Part shown: in pieces, positions 13,041 through 24,962 of the stretch
Layout of the letters: each line of letters opens with the position of its first letter
How positions within the stretch are numbered: position 1 is the first letter of the stretch
Source: Mobula hypostoma
Taxonomy: Eukaryota
Assembly (NCBI RefSeq): GCF_963921235.1
Contig: NC_086097.1
Location: 98,520,001-98,584,000 of the forward strand
Length of the DNA stretch: 64,000 nucleotides
Direction: 5' to 3'
Program-made: the position numbers and the translations under genes
The notes under the pieces: model-generated
Databases searched by the model: none
What the model was told of the DNA's origin: nothing
Seen by the model: the letters and a program-made list of their open reading frames with translations, nothing else

Positions 13041-14978
13041 AACACACACAAAAAATGCTGGTGAACACAGCAGGCCAGGCAGCATCTATAGGAGGAGGTA
13101 CAGTCAACGTTTTGGGCCGAGACCCTTCGTCAGGACTAACTGAAAGAAGAAATAGTAAGAGATTTGAAAGTGGGGGGGGAGAGGGGGAGATCTGAAATGA
13201 TAGGAGAAGACAGGAGGGGGAGGGATGGAGCTAAGAGCTGGAAAGTTGATTAGCAAAAGGGATACGAGACTGGAGAAGGGAGAGGATCATAGGATGGGAG
13301 GCCTAGGGAGAAAGAAAGGGGGGGGAGCCCAGAGGATGGGCAAGGAGTTATAGTGAGAAGGACAGAGGGAGGAAAAAAAAGGGGGAAATTAATAAATAAG
13401 GGGTGGGGTACGAGGGGGAGGTGGGGCATTAACGGAAGTTAGAGAAATCAATGTTCATGCCATCAGGTTGGAGGCTACCCAGACGGAATATAAGATGTTG
13501 TTCCTCCAATCTGAGTGTGGCTTCATCTTGACAGTAGAGGAGGCCGTGGATAGACATCTCAGAATGGGAATGGGATGTGGAATTAAAATGTGTGGCCACT
13601 GGGAGATCCTGCTTTCTCTGGCAGACAGAGCATAGGTGTTCAGCGAAACGGTCTCCCAGCCTGTGTCGGGTCTCACCAATATATAGAAGGCCGCATCGGG
13701 AGCACCGGACGCAGTATATCACCCCAGCCGACTCACAAGTGAAGTGCCGTCTCACCTGGAAGGACTGTCTGGGGCCCTGAATGGTGGTGAGGGAGGAAGT
13801 GTAAGGGCATGTGTAGCACTTGTTCTGCTTACAAGGGTAAGTGCTGGGAGGGAGATCGGTGGGAAGGGATGGGGGGGGAACGAATGGACAAGGGAGTCAG
13901 GTAGGGAGCAATCCCCGCGGAAAGCAGAAGGGGTGGGAGGGAAAGATGTGCTTAGTGGTGGGATCCCGCTGGAGGTGGCGGAAGTTACAGAGAATAATAT
14001 GTTGGACCTGGAGGCTGGTGGGGTGGTGGTGAGGCCGAGGGGAGCCCTATTCCTAGTGGGGTGGCGGGAGGATGGGGTGAGAGCAGATGTGCCTGAAATG
14101 GGAGAGATGCGTTTGAGAGCAGAGTTGATGGTGGAGGAAGGGAAGCCCCTTTCTCTAAAAAGGGACATCTCCCTCGTCCTGGAATGAAAAGCCTCATCCT
14201 GAGAGCAGATGCGGCGGAGACGGAGGAATTGCGAGAAGGGGATGGCATTTTTGCAAGAGACAGGGTGGGAAGCGGAATACTCCAGGTAGCTGTGAGAGTC
14301 CGTAGGCTTATAGTAGACATCAGTGGATAAGCTGTCTCCAGAGACAGAGACAGAACGATCAAGAAAGGGCAGACAGGTGTCGGAAATGGACCAGGTAAAT
14401 TTGAGGGCAGGGTGGAAGTTGGAGGCAAAGTTAATGAAGTCAACGAGCTCAGCAGGCGTGCAGGAAGCAGCGCCAATGCAGTCGTCGATGTAGCAAAGGA
14501 AAAGTGGGGGACAGATACCAGAATAGGTTTGGAACATGGATTGTTCCACAAAGCCAAAAAAAAGGCAGGCATAGCTAGGACCCATACGGGTGCCCATGGC
14601 TACACCTTTAGTTTGGAGGAAGTGGGAGGAGCCAAAGGAGAAATTATTAAGAGTAAGGACTAATTCCGCTAGAAGGAGGAGAGTGGTGGTAGAAGGGAAC
14701 TGGTTAAGTCTGGAATCCAAAAAGAAGTGGAGAGCTTTGAGACCTTCCTGGTGGGGGATGGAGGTATACAGGGACTGGACATCCATGGTGAAAATAAAGC
14801 AGTGAGGGCCAGGGAACTTAAAATCATTGAAAAAATTCAGCGTGAGAGGTGTCACGAACATCGGTGGGAAGGGATTGAACAAGGGGGGATAAAACAGTGT
14901 TGAGGTATGCAGAAATGAGTTCAGTGGGGCAGGAGCAAGCTGAGACAATGCGTCTACCTGGACAGACAGGTTTGTGGA
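13041..14978 (-). mobile_element. Penelope-like element (RT + GIY-YIG endonuclease + terminal repeat), frameshifted
   Basis: ORF 13752-14981 MDVQSLYTSIPH, GVAMGTRMGPSYA, YIDD; ORF 13429-13755 GVIYCVRCSRCGLLYIGET; flanked by old CR1 sequence. Confidence 0.92.
13102..13137 (-). ncRNA. Minimal type-I hammerhead ribozyme motif (mutated) in the Penelope terminal repeat
   Basis: Minus strand AGUC-CUGACGA-AGGGUCUCGGCCC-AAAA-CGUU-GACU; core GAAA changed to AAAA. Confidence 0.7.
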
Positions 14979-15778
14979 CATAATCCAGGTTTGGTCTCAA
15001 CAGAGCTCTACATTAAGGTATCTTTGCTCTTGTGTTCAAATCCTCTTGCAATAAAGGGCAACACAATATTTACTATTCTAATTTCTTCCTGCATCTGCAA
15101 ATTAAGTGAGTGATATACAAGCATTCTTTGAGACCTTTGGTACTTGTAAGTACCGAAGGCCTCAGCAGCTGTATCTGTAAAACCAGACTAGTTGCAGCTT
15201 CACCCAAAATGACCCTCTGTCATTCTGTGCAGTGTACAGTTTGTTAATCGGTCCTTAATCCATGCTGGTAATCACCTCTAATACAAGACATTCTAATTTT
15301 GTGTAAAGCACTGGTACCTGGCTTTGTATTTGAAATGTGTTTCCAGGAATGATAACTCTAGTTGAGTTAGAATGTGTAACACTGCAGCACACATACAGGC
15401 TCGTTAGCCCACAATATTGTACTGAACAAATTAAACTAGTAATTAAATGCTTAAACTAATCTCTTTTGCCTACATCGTGTCTATATCCTTCCATTGTAGA
15501 GACATTTTCAAATACCTATCTACAATCCTTTTAAATGTCTCTTTCATATTTGTCCTCAATACCACCCTGGCAATGCATTCCAGGCACCCACCATTCTGTG
15601 TACATATATAACAGGAAGATGCCCTGCACATCTCATTTGTTGGAACCAAAAGACCCTCTGTACCTCAAACACTGTTAAGAATATTTGATCTGTCACAAGT
15701 CACCTCACATTTGGCCAGATTAAACTTTCATCTACCATATCTCTGCCCATGTCTACAACTGATCTGTATCAGTTGTAT

Positions 15779-15963
15779 GGGGCGTCAGGGAGGGGTAGCA
15801 CCTCTGGTGGGGGAACATGTCGCGTCCTTTTCAAGGCGGTTTGTCCACCTCTGGTCCCCACCTGTCACTCAGCTCTCACCTGTGGCTCCCTGTAGCTGTT
15901 TGCATGTGACAGCGGCCACACCCTGGGCGACGGCTTCAACAAGCCGGCTAAACCGGGTGAGGG
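15779..15963 (+). ncRNA. HDV-like self-cleaving ribozyme at the RTE 5' end
   Basis: P1, P1.1, P2, P3, P4 and J4/2 GCUAA all assignable by hand in HDV order (see findings). Confidence 0.78.
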
Positions 15964-17360
15964 TAGCCGACGGGTCTCAAACCCTCGGTGAGATAGGGAG
16001 TTGTCTATCCCTGCATGTGAAGACAGACTCCGGCGGATTGAGCAGATGAGACCAATGGTAGGTCCAACAGTCAAGAAGGCGGTCTCTGCAAGCGTCGTAG
16101 AACGCGTAGAGCAGGACAAGACACAGAAGATGTTCTGGTCATCCACTGCGCCTAGTCTCATCTCCAGCCGTCTCGACTCTGTCTTGCCATTGGATCCAGA
16201 TGGGAATTGGGAAGAGAGAGTGAGGCTGACGCTGCACAACTCTCCCTCACTTAAATCCAAATCAAGCGCTAGTCTTGACACCATCATCATCACCCTCAAC
16301 CTTTGAAGTCCTGTGGCGATGGGGGAGCGACGAAGCAGCTGGTGTGGATACACTGGGAGCTGTAGTCACGGACCTGCACACAGGTGGCTCAGGTCTAATA
16401 GTCGCTTTTCGCTGACTGAAGCAGCAGTGAAACTCGGCGTCTATCTGGGCGACTGAGCAGCCCTCTTTAGGAACGCGTAGCTCACCTCCGTAGTATGAGG
16501 AAGGGGGCTAGAAAAGGTGCCCTAAACATTACCTGCTTCATTACACCCTGCCCAGTTTACCGCGGCTGGTGGGGATCCTATCTTGGCGGTCGAAAAAACA
16601 CAATGAAACGCAAGGTGATACCGCTCACCATTGGCACTTGGAACGTGCACACACTATTGGACAACCCTACAGCAAACAGACTAGAGAGAAAAACAGTCTT
16701 AGTTGCCTGAGAGCTTGCAAGATACAACATTGACATTGCAGCCCTGAGTGAGACTCGTCTTGCCAACGAAGGTCAGCTGACTGAAACTGGAGTGAAGTGG
16801 TCGTGGCAGCAATGAGCGTCGTGAGGCTGGAGTTGGATTCGCTTTCAGGAGTCACCTTGTTCGGAAACTTGCTAGTCTCCCCAAGGGTGTGAACGACCGG
16901 CTCATGACACTACAGCTTCTGCTACAGAACAGAAGTCAAGCCACCCAGATCAGTGCCTAAGCCCCCACAGTGACCAACTTGGATGTAACAAAAGACAGGT
17001 TCTATGAAGAACTGGATGCTGTACTATCAGCAGTGAGCAGCACGGACAAGCTGATCTTGCTGGGCGACTTCAATGCAAGAGTAGGGTGCGATTCTGCAGC
17101 CTGGCAGGGAGTCGTTGGGAGTCACGGAGTGGGCAAATGTAACAGTAACGGCCTACTCTTACTAAAGACCTGTGCAGCACACGACCAGCTCATCACCAAC
17201 ACAACTTTCCGCTTGCCTACCTGTAACAAGACCTCCTGGATGCACCCCCGCTCTAAGTATTGGCATCTTATCGACTATGTCATTGTCAGGAGAAAAGACA
17301 GGCAGGATGTCAGAGTGACCAAGGCCATGACTGCTGGACAGATCACAAGCTCATTGTGGT
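15779..17360 (+). mobile_element. RTE-clade LINE: 5' UTR plus APE endonuclease, 3'-truncated
   Basis: From ATG 16603: PLTIGTWNVHTL...ELARYNIDIAALSETRL; ORF 16970-17422 LILLGDFNARVG...SWMHPRSKYWHLIDYVIVR; contains stops and frameshifts. Confidence 0.9.
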
Positions 17361-18489
17361 CACCATTTCATTTCAGCTGGAGTATTAATGGCAGACAGTT
17401 TTGCACCAGGTTTCCAAAATAAATACAAAATGAATACAAAATAAAGATCTGGTTGTTACTCATCAAAGACTGTTTCTTACTCTATTCCTTGCAACCTCAC
17501 AAAACTCTGATTTGTGAACCATGATTTCCTTCTGATTAATCCATGTTGACTCAGTCCAATCCTATTGTTTTCTATGACCCTGTTATCATTTCCTTCATAA
17601 TTAAAAACATTTTCGTACGACTGATTTTTGGAATAACTAGCCTACAGTTTCCCAGCCTTTGACTTGGTCTTGTCACTACAAATTCCATTCCTGCAAGCAT
17701 GAACTCTGTTGTTGGATGAGTTGAGAATGGGTCTGATATGTCTGTGATTGTTATTAAACATCCCCATTTTTGACCTTGTAATATGGGGAAGGTCAATGAG
17801 GAAGTAGTGTGAATCACTCAAAAGTGATTGAGTATAGTTTGCTGTAAAGAGCTCTTGCATTAATGCTCTGAGGCTGAGATTGCACTCCCAACGTGTTTTT
17901 TTCCCTTGAAAGTGTCCCCGGATTGTCATTCACTCCATTGTCACTGGGGCACCTGCTGTGATGAAGTGCAGCACTGATGGTCAGGGTAGTCACTGTCATT
18001 TCATCTTATCTCTGAAACATGGCTCTGAGAGTCATCCTTCATTGGGACTCTTGCAGTGTTTTTTTTTAATCTGGTTAACCCCGTGCGTTGCTTTTAAATA
18101 TTTAAATGTCCAGGCTGACAAATAGAAATTGGTATCAATCTACAGCTTCTCATCGTTGATAGCTGCTGGGTGAGTCGCATTCTGCTTGATAAGAGGACTA
18201 ACTGAGCCCTTGATTAAAAACTTTTAAAGAATTTTGGTCTGTCCAAAAGGATACTGTTCCAGCAAACTGGAAATGCAACCCGCTACAGATAGATGGGACT
18301 GAGGGATCAAAGGTGTCTCAAACTTATTTGTGTGTAATTGACATAAGAGCAAAAATGACTTAAAAGCAAGAGTCTGCATATTCACAATTTTGTGACTATT
18401 GTGTGTGTGGGCACTCCACAATTTTGCTCCAAATCCTGTTGATATCATTGTCCAGTCCCAAGTACGGAGGGGTAGCAACAGTCGAGGAA

Positions 18490-19150
18490 AAGATGGCGGC
18501 ACGATGCAGCGCGCAGCAGGCACTCTGGTGAATGATATCTGTTATCTGTCAAGTAGGGTGCCGTGCACAATCCTGATTTAATGGAGACAGATGTGAGAGC
18601 ACAGAGGAACATCTGGAGAAACTTCTGAAATGCCTGCTTCGCTGCCACTGCCACTGGGTGATCCAGAATCTCCAGAGGAGAAGGCCCCGAGTGCTCGGCT
18701 TTGCTTGTTGTTCTGCGACCGGGGCAAGGTCGAAGCACTTGGCACAGGATGGTGCTCGGGAGGCTGTATTGGAGGGGCTGGTTGGAAGCTTGAAGTTTTC
18801 GGACGGACTCAGAGTTGGCTGTCGTCGGGTGCTTTGAATGCATCGGCAGTTGTCGGCACCTGGAGGTTTATGGCAGGGAGAGTTTCTCCCTTTTGCTGCC
18901 TGCTATCGGGACTATCGGGAGTCGATTGGAACTTTGAGACTTTTTTTTTACTGTGCCCATGGTCTGATCTTTATCAAATTATGGTATTGCTTTGCAATGC
19001 TGTAACTATATGTTATAATTATGTGGTTTTGTCAGTGTTAGTCTTTGGTTTGTCCTGTGTTTTTGTGATATCACTGTGGAGGAACATGGTATCATTTCTT
19101 AATGTATGCATTTCTAAATGACAATAAACGAAGACTGAGTGTCCTCATAA
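18490..19150 (+). mobile_element. Non-autonomous LINE-related interspersed repeat
   Basis: Starts aagatggcg, CpG-rich body, Rex-like 3' end aaatgacaataaa. Confidence 0.5.
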
Positions 19151-20187
19151 TTTTTAAAAAATGGATTGTGGTGCTTTTAAAATTAAACTAATATTGAACT
19201 GTAATTGGACCGAATCATTTTGCATGATGGAGAGCTGTGATAATTTGGGGCTGTTCGCTTTCATTCCCAGCAAGAATGAAGTTTGCAGTTTACTTTGAAT
19301 ACCATCTTGAAATGCTCTATGAGCATCTGCCTGAGAGCTCACTTTATGGTGGAAGTTTCATCTTTTAACATTTGATGTATTCTGTTTAAACTTTCAGAAT
19401 GCTTTAAGCCATCTGAATGGAATACAGTCTATTGAAACTGCCAATGAATTATTCAGGTAGATGTTGCATTGTGTGGGCAAGTGAGCAGAGGATCTAGTTC
19501 AGCTTACTTCTGGAAGCGTTAATGTGTTAAAACACAGCTAAAATCTGGAAAGCTCCCCCACCCCCTCCCCCATTAAAGTGGAAGCATTGCTTGATTAAAA
19601 AGAGTGTCTTATTTGGTTGATGTATGCTTTCTAACTAATCAGGCAGAAAGAACCTCAGCTTGGCAACATTATGTAAGGGGGCAGTGGAGTAAACCTGAGC
19701 ACAATAGTTAGTAAAATGGATCACAGTTTCAGGTTTTGGCAAGCAGCCCACTTAGGTTGATCAGTGACATGGCAATGTTTTGAATGCAGTATTCAAGCTG
19801 GATGACTGTAACCTTTGCGAGAAATTGAGGCACCTCTAAAACTTAGAGATGCTAAGAAGCAATATCAGTCCAAATCGAGTCCCAAATTAGCTGTGACAGG
19901 GCTTGCATGATATAATGGGCTACAAAACAGAGTTGGGTGTCATCATTGACAACAGCACATAGCTTCCCGATGAGTTTATTCTGTGCACCTCTTGAACAGA
20001 AGGGAGTGGGTATGCATCTACCGTGACAGCCTCCCGTGCACCTGAGCCCGCAGCTACTATTGCAGATATAAATAAGGTCAATCTTCTGAAGAGTGAATCT
20101 GCAGAAAGCATCCGGAATGGATGATGTGTCTACACAGCTGGAATGAATATTTGCTGACATTTTTAATCTCTCACTGTTCAATCTGTA

Positions 20188-21115
20188 CTTCAAAATTTGA
20201 AGTAAATTTATTGTTTAAGTACATAATGCCACCATATACAGCCCAGATTTATTTTCTTGCAGGCATATTCAATAAATCTATAGTAGAATAATAAACACAG
20301 TAGATTTAATGAAAGACCGCATCAACTTGGGTGTTCAACCAATGTGTAAAAGACAAACTGTGCAAATACAAGAAAAAGGAAATAATAATGATTAATAAAT
20401 AAGCAATAAATATCAAAAACATGAGATGAAGAGTCCCTGAAAGTGAATCCATAGGTTGTGGGGACATTTCAGTGATGGAGCAAGTGAAGTTATCCTCTTT
20501 GGTTCAAGAGTCTGATAGCTGAATGTTAATAACTGTCCCTGAACCTGGAGCTCCTGTACCACCTTCCTGATGGCAGGAGTAAGAAGAGCGCATGACAAGG
20601 GTGGTTGGGAGGGGTCCCTGATAATGTATGGTGCTTTCCTGTGACAACGCGCAATGCAGATGTGCTCAATGGTGGGGAGGGCTTTACCCGAGATGGACTG
20701 GGCCATATCTGCTACTTTTCGTAGAATATTCTGTTTGTCATTGGTGTTTCCACACCAGGCTTTGACGCAGTAGTCAATATACTCTCCACTGCACATCTAT
20801 AGAAGTTTTCCAAGTTACAGATATCATGCTGAATCTTCACGAACTCCAGAGGAAGTAGAGGCGCTGTTATGTTTTCTTTGTAATTGTACATGCATTATGG
20901 GCACAGGACAGGTTCTCTAAATTGATAACACCAAGGAATTTAAAGTTGCTGATTCTCTCCACCTCTGATGAGGACTGGCTCATGGACCTCTGGTTTCATC
21001 CTCCTGAAGTCAATAATCAGCTCCTTGGTCTTGCTGACATTGAGTAAGAGGTTGTCGATATGGCACCACTAGGCCAGATTTTTAATCTCCCTCTTGTATG
21101 CTGATTCATCATCAC
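20188..21115 (-). mobile_element. Rex1/Babar-like LINE remnant
   Basis: ORF 20413-20796 (AWCGN...AQSISGKALPTIE...IIRDPSQP) and upstream LYFL-type sequence. Confidence 0.75.
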
Positions 21116-21129
21116 GATTGATTTGATTC

Positions 21130-23610
21130 CATTCTGCTTTAAGAAGACCACTTTCATCTCAGTACCTAAGAAAAACTAAATACCATGCCTTAACAACTAT
21201 TGTCCAGTAACAATTGTAGGCCGTATCTCGGGTAATGATGAGTTTGACTACAGAGAGGAAATTAAGAACCTGGTGGCATGGTGCGAAGACAGTAACCTAT
21301 CCCTCAACGTCAGCAAGACGAAGTAATTGGTTGTTGACCTCAGAAGGAGTAGCGGACCGCACGACCCAATTTACATCGGTGGTGTGCAAGTGGAACAGGT
21401 CAAAAGGTTTAAGTTCCTCGGGGTCAATATCACAAATGACCTGACTTGGTCCAACCAAGCAGAGTTCACTGCCAAGAAGGTCCACCAGCACCTTTACTTC
21501 CTGAGAAAACTAAAGAAATTTGTCCCCTAAAACCCTTACTAATTTTTATAGATGCACCATAGAAAGCATTCTTCTCGGGTGCATCACAACCTGGTATGGA
21601 AGTTGTCCTGTCCAAGACCGAAAGAAGCTGCAGGAGATCGTGAACACGGCGCAGCACATCATACAAACCAATCTTCCGTCCGTGGATTCACTTTACACTG
21701 CACACTGTCGGAGCAGTGCTGCCAGGATAATCAAGGACACGACCCACCCAGCCAACACACTTTTCGTCCCTCTTCCCTCCGGGAGAAGGCTCAGGAGCTT
21801 GAAGACTCATACGGCCAGATTTGGGAACAGCTTCTTTCCAACTGTGATAAGACTGCTGAACGGATCCTGACCCGGATCTGGGCTGTACTCTCCGAATATC
21901 TGACCTGCCTCTCAGTTTTTTTGCACTACCTTACTTCCCATTTTTCTATTTTCTATTTATGATTTATAATTTAAATTTTTAATATTTACTAATTTTAACT
22001 ATTTTTAATATTTAATATTTGTAATCCAGGGAGTGTGAAGCGCAGAACCAAATATCGCTGTGATGACTGTACGTTCTAGTACCAATTGTTTGGCGACAAT
22101 AAAGTATAAAGTATAACTAACATCCACCATCATGAAGTCCTTTGAAAGTCTGAAAATGGCATGATTTAACTCCACAATCTTCAGACAACCTTGACCTTGC
22201 AATTCATCCTCTGCTGAAACAGTCTATGCCAGATTCCATTTCCCTAGTCTACACTCATTTCTGGAGCATCTGGGCAGTAAAGACATAAGGTTTGCCCTTT
22301 GCCTGGTCTCACCTATCATCTGTCAACTTGTACTACTTCTCCTCTCCCCACCTTATTCTGGCTTCTGCCCCCTTCCTTTCCAATCCTGGTGAAGGGACTT
22401 ATTCCAAAATATCAACTGTTTATTCACCTCCATAGATGCTCCTAGACTTGGTTATGTCCTTCAACATTTTGTGTGTGTCATGTCAGACTGTTTGCTTATT
22501 CACTTACTGCCCTGCTTTCAATACTATAATTCCAAGCAAATTAATCACTAAACTCTGGATTCTGGGAGAAAACTCCTCCCATACAACTGGATTCTTGATC
22601 TCTTCACCAACAAACCAGTTAGTAAGGATAGTCAGCAACATCTCTTCCATGATTACTCTAAACACTGCATTTTCAAATGTTGCGTCCTCAGACCCCCAAC
22701 TCTAGTCTCTCTATGTTCATTACTGTGGGCTAGATTCTCATCAACTCCATCTATAATATATCACCGTATTGAGCTGCATCTTGATAACAGTAAGTCAGAG
22801 TCCAGGAAGGACATCGAGTGCTTTGTAACACACTATCATGACAACTACCTTTCCCTCAATGTCAGCAAAACAAAATAGCTGGTCTTTGACTTCAGGAAGG
22901 GAGTTGGTGCATGTGCTCAATGATGCCCCTAATTGCATCAACAGTGTTGGGGTTGAAAGCTTAACTTTCTGGGAGTGAGAATCACCAGGAGCCCGTCCTA
23001 GTGCAACCCCATTGATGTTATGGCCAAGACAGCTCACCAATGTCTCTACGGTCTTGAGGCTAAAGAAATTTGACATGTCCCTGGTGACCCTTACCAATTT
23101 TTTTTTTATCAATGCACCATGGAAAACATCCTATCTGGATGTACTGTATAATGGTTTGGGTATGGCAGCTGCTTTGCACGTGATCGCAAGAAACTGCGGG
23201 GAATCGTGGATCCAACTCGGCACATCGCAGAAACCTGCCTTCCTACTATGGACTCTGTTTATACTTCTCACTGGCTCAGTAAAGCAGCCAACATAATCAA
23301 GACCTCATCCACCTCTGATATTCTCTGTTCTTGCCTCTTCCATTGGGCAGAAGTTATAAAGGCCTGAAATGAGTACCATCAGGCTCATGGACAGTTTGTA
23401 CCCTGCTGTTAGAAGACTATTAATTGGTATGATATGATAGACTCTTGACCTCATAAATTACCTAATTATGTTCTTGCACTTTTATTGTTGACCTGTACTG
23501 TACTTTCTCTGTAGCTGTTACGTTTATTTTTGTTTTACCTTGTACTACCTCAATGATGTGATTGAAAGGTATGCAAGTTAAGTTTTTCCACATATTGTAT
23601 CTCAGTACAT
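21130..23610 (+). mobile_element. Old Rex1/Babar-like LINE carrying nested insertions
   Basis: Degenerate RT motifs (AFNTIIPSKLITKL in ORF 22436-22705; LKKFDMS..TLTNF) flank a younger Rex copy and a Penelope terminal remnant at about 22290-22480. Confidence 0.65.
21212..22115 (+). mobile_element. Younger Rex1/Babar-like LINE 3' fragment
   Basis: ORFs 21327-21530 and 21520-21870: FKFLGVNI...LYFLRKLKKF, FYRCTIESILLGCITTWYG...SFFPTVIRLLN; tail aataaagtataaagtat. Confidence 0.88.
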
Positions 23611-24630
23611 AGAAATATAGAAAACATACAGCACAATACAGGCCCTTTGGCCCACAAAGCTGTGCCGAACATGTCCCTACCTTAGAACTACCTAGGCTTT
23701 ACCCTTAGCCCTCTGTTTTTCTAAGCTCCATGTAGCCATGCAGGAGTCTCCATCGCCACCACTGCCGCTGGCAGCCCATTCCACAGACTCACCACTCTTT
23801 GCGTAATAAAAAAAAAGAACTTACCCCTGATATCTCCTCTGTACCTACTTCCAAGCACCTTAAAACTATGCCTTCTCTTGTTAGCTAATTCAGCCCTGGG
23901 GAAAAGCCTCTGACTATCCACACGATCAATGCTTCTTATTGTCTTATACATCTCTATCAAGCCACCTCTCATCCTCCGTTGCTCCAAGGAGAAAAGGCAG
24001 AGTTCACTCAACCTATCATCACTGTGAACTCTGACCTGTTTGTGCAGTGGTCGGCAGCCGCCCGGGTCCCGAGGCAATGAGAGGATCTTCGTCCTCATCG
24101 ATGAGGGGTTCCTCTTTCCGAAAGTTCAGCTCTGAGTTAGGTGGAGGTCAGACCATCTGGAAGAGAGTGTTGGACAGGCAGATAAGGAAGAGAGTGAGAG
24201 CGGTTAGAGAATGGGGGATGCATATCCCAGGGGGATGTATCTCAATAAGGCATGCTCCCCAGTCCAGGCAACATCCTTGTAAATCTCCTCTGCATCTTTT
24301 CTATGATTTCTACATCCTTCCTATAGTGAGGTGACCAGAATTGAGCACAGTGCTCAAAGTGGGGTCTGACCAGGGTCCTATATAGCTGCAATATTACCTC
24401 TCTGCTCTTAAACTCAATCCCACGAATGATGAAGGCCAATGTACTGTATGCCTTGTTAACCACAGAGTCAATCTATGTAGCAACTTTTGAGTGTCCTATG
24501 GACTCGGACCCCAAGATCCCTCTGATCCTCCACACTGCCAAGAGTCTTACCATTAATACTATATTCTGACATCATATATGAACCAAAATGAACCACCTCA
24601 CGCTTATCTGGGTTGAACTCCATCTGCCAA
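23607..24630 (-). mobile_element. CR1 LINE 3' fragment
   Basis: ORFs 24242-24463 and 23721-24098: LYRTLVRPHFEH, RRMRGGLIEMYK, WNGLP. Confidence 0.88.
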
Positions 24631-24962
24631 TAAATATGACAATAATAAACCACTTCATATTCCAGTGTACCCAAGGTGCTATACTGTTCAAAAGATTGGA
24701 TAACCCACTGTGTAAACAGCATTTAGAGAACATCTTACATCAATAGCAGTTGGGAAAGAGAATTATTAAATCATTGCTGACCAATGCATCCGTTGTCAGA
24801 AGTGTGGAAAAGGGCAAATTGTGGTAGATTGGTGAGAGGAAGAATGCAAATTTAAGGATTAATACCAGTTGTATTTCTTCATCGCACTCAAATCTGGATA
24901 AACAACAGAAACAATCAAAGGACTAATTAGGTGATTAATATTCTGTAAATTCTGCCTATATA

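Noticed and set aside
15861..15975. Twister ribozyme reading (GGCUCCC...GAGGG)
   Set aside because: GAGGG is fully paired in a 10-bp helix and there is no UAA cleavage loop; the HDV topology explains all segments.
15865..16353. ORFs 15865-16353 (-) and 16001-16306 (+) as genes
   Set aside because: They lie in the GC-rich RTE 5' UTR with no recognisable domain; an RTE ORF1 cannot be excluded but is unsupported.
18630..19121. 163-aa ORF as a nested gene
   Set aside because: Lies wholly within an interspersed repeat and has no recognisable motif.
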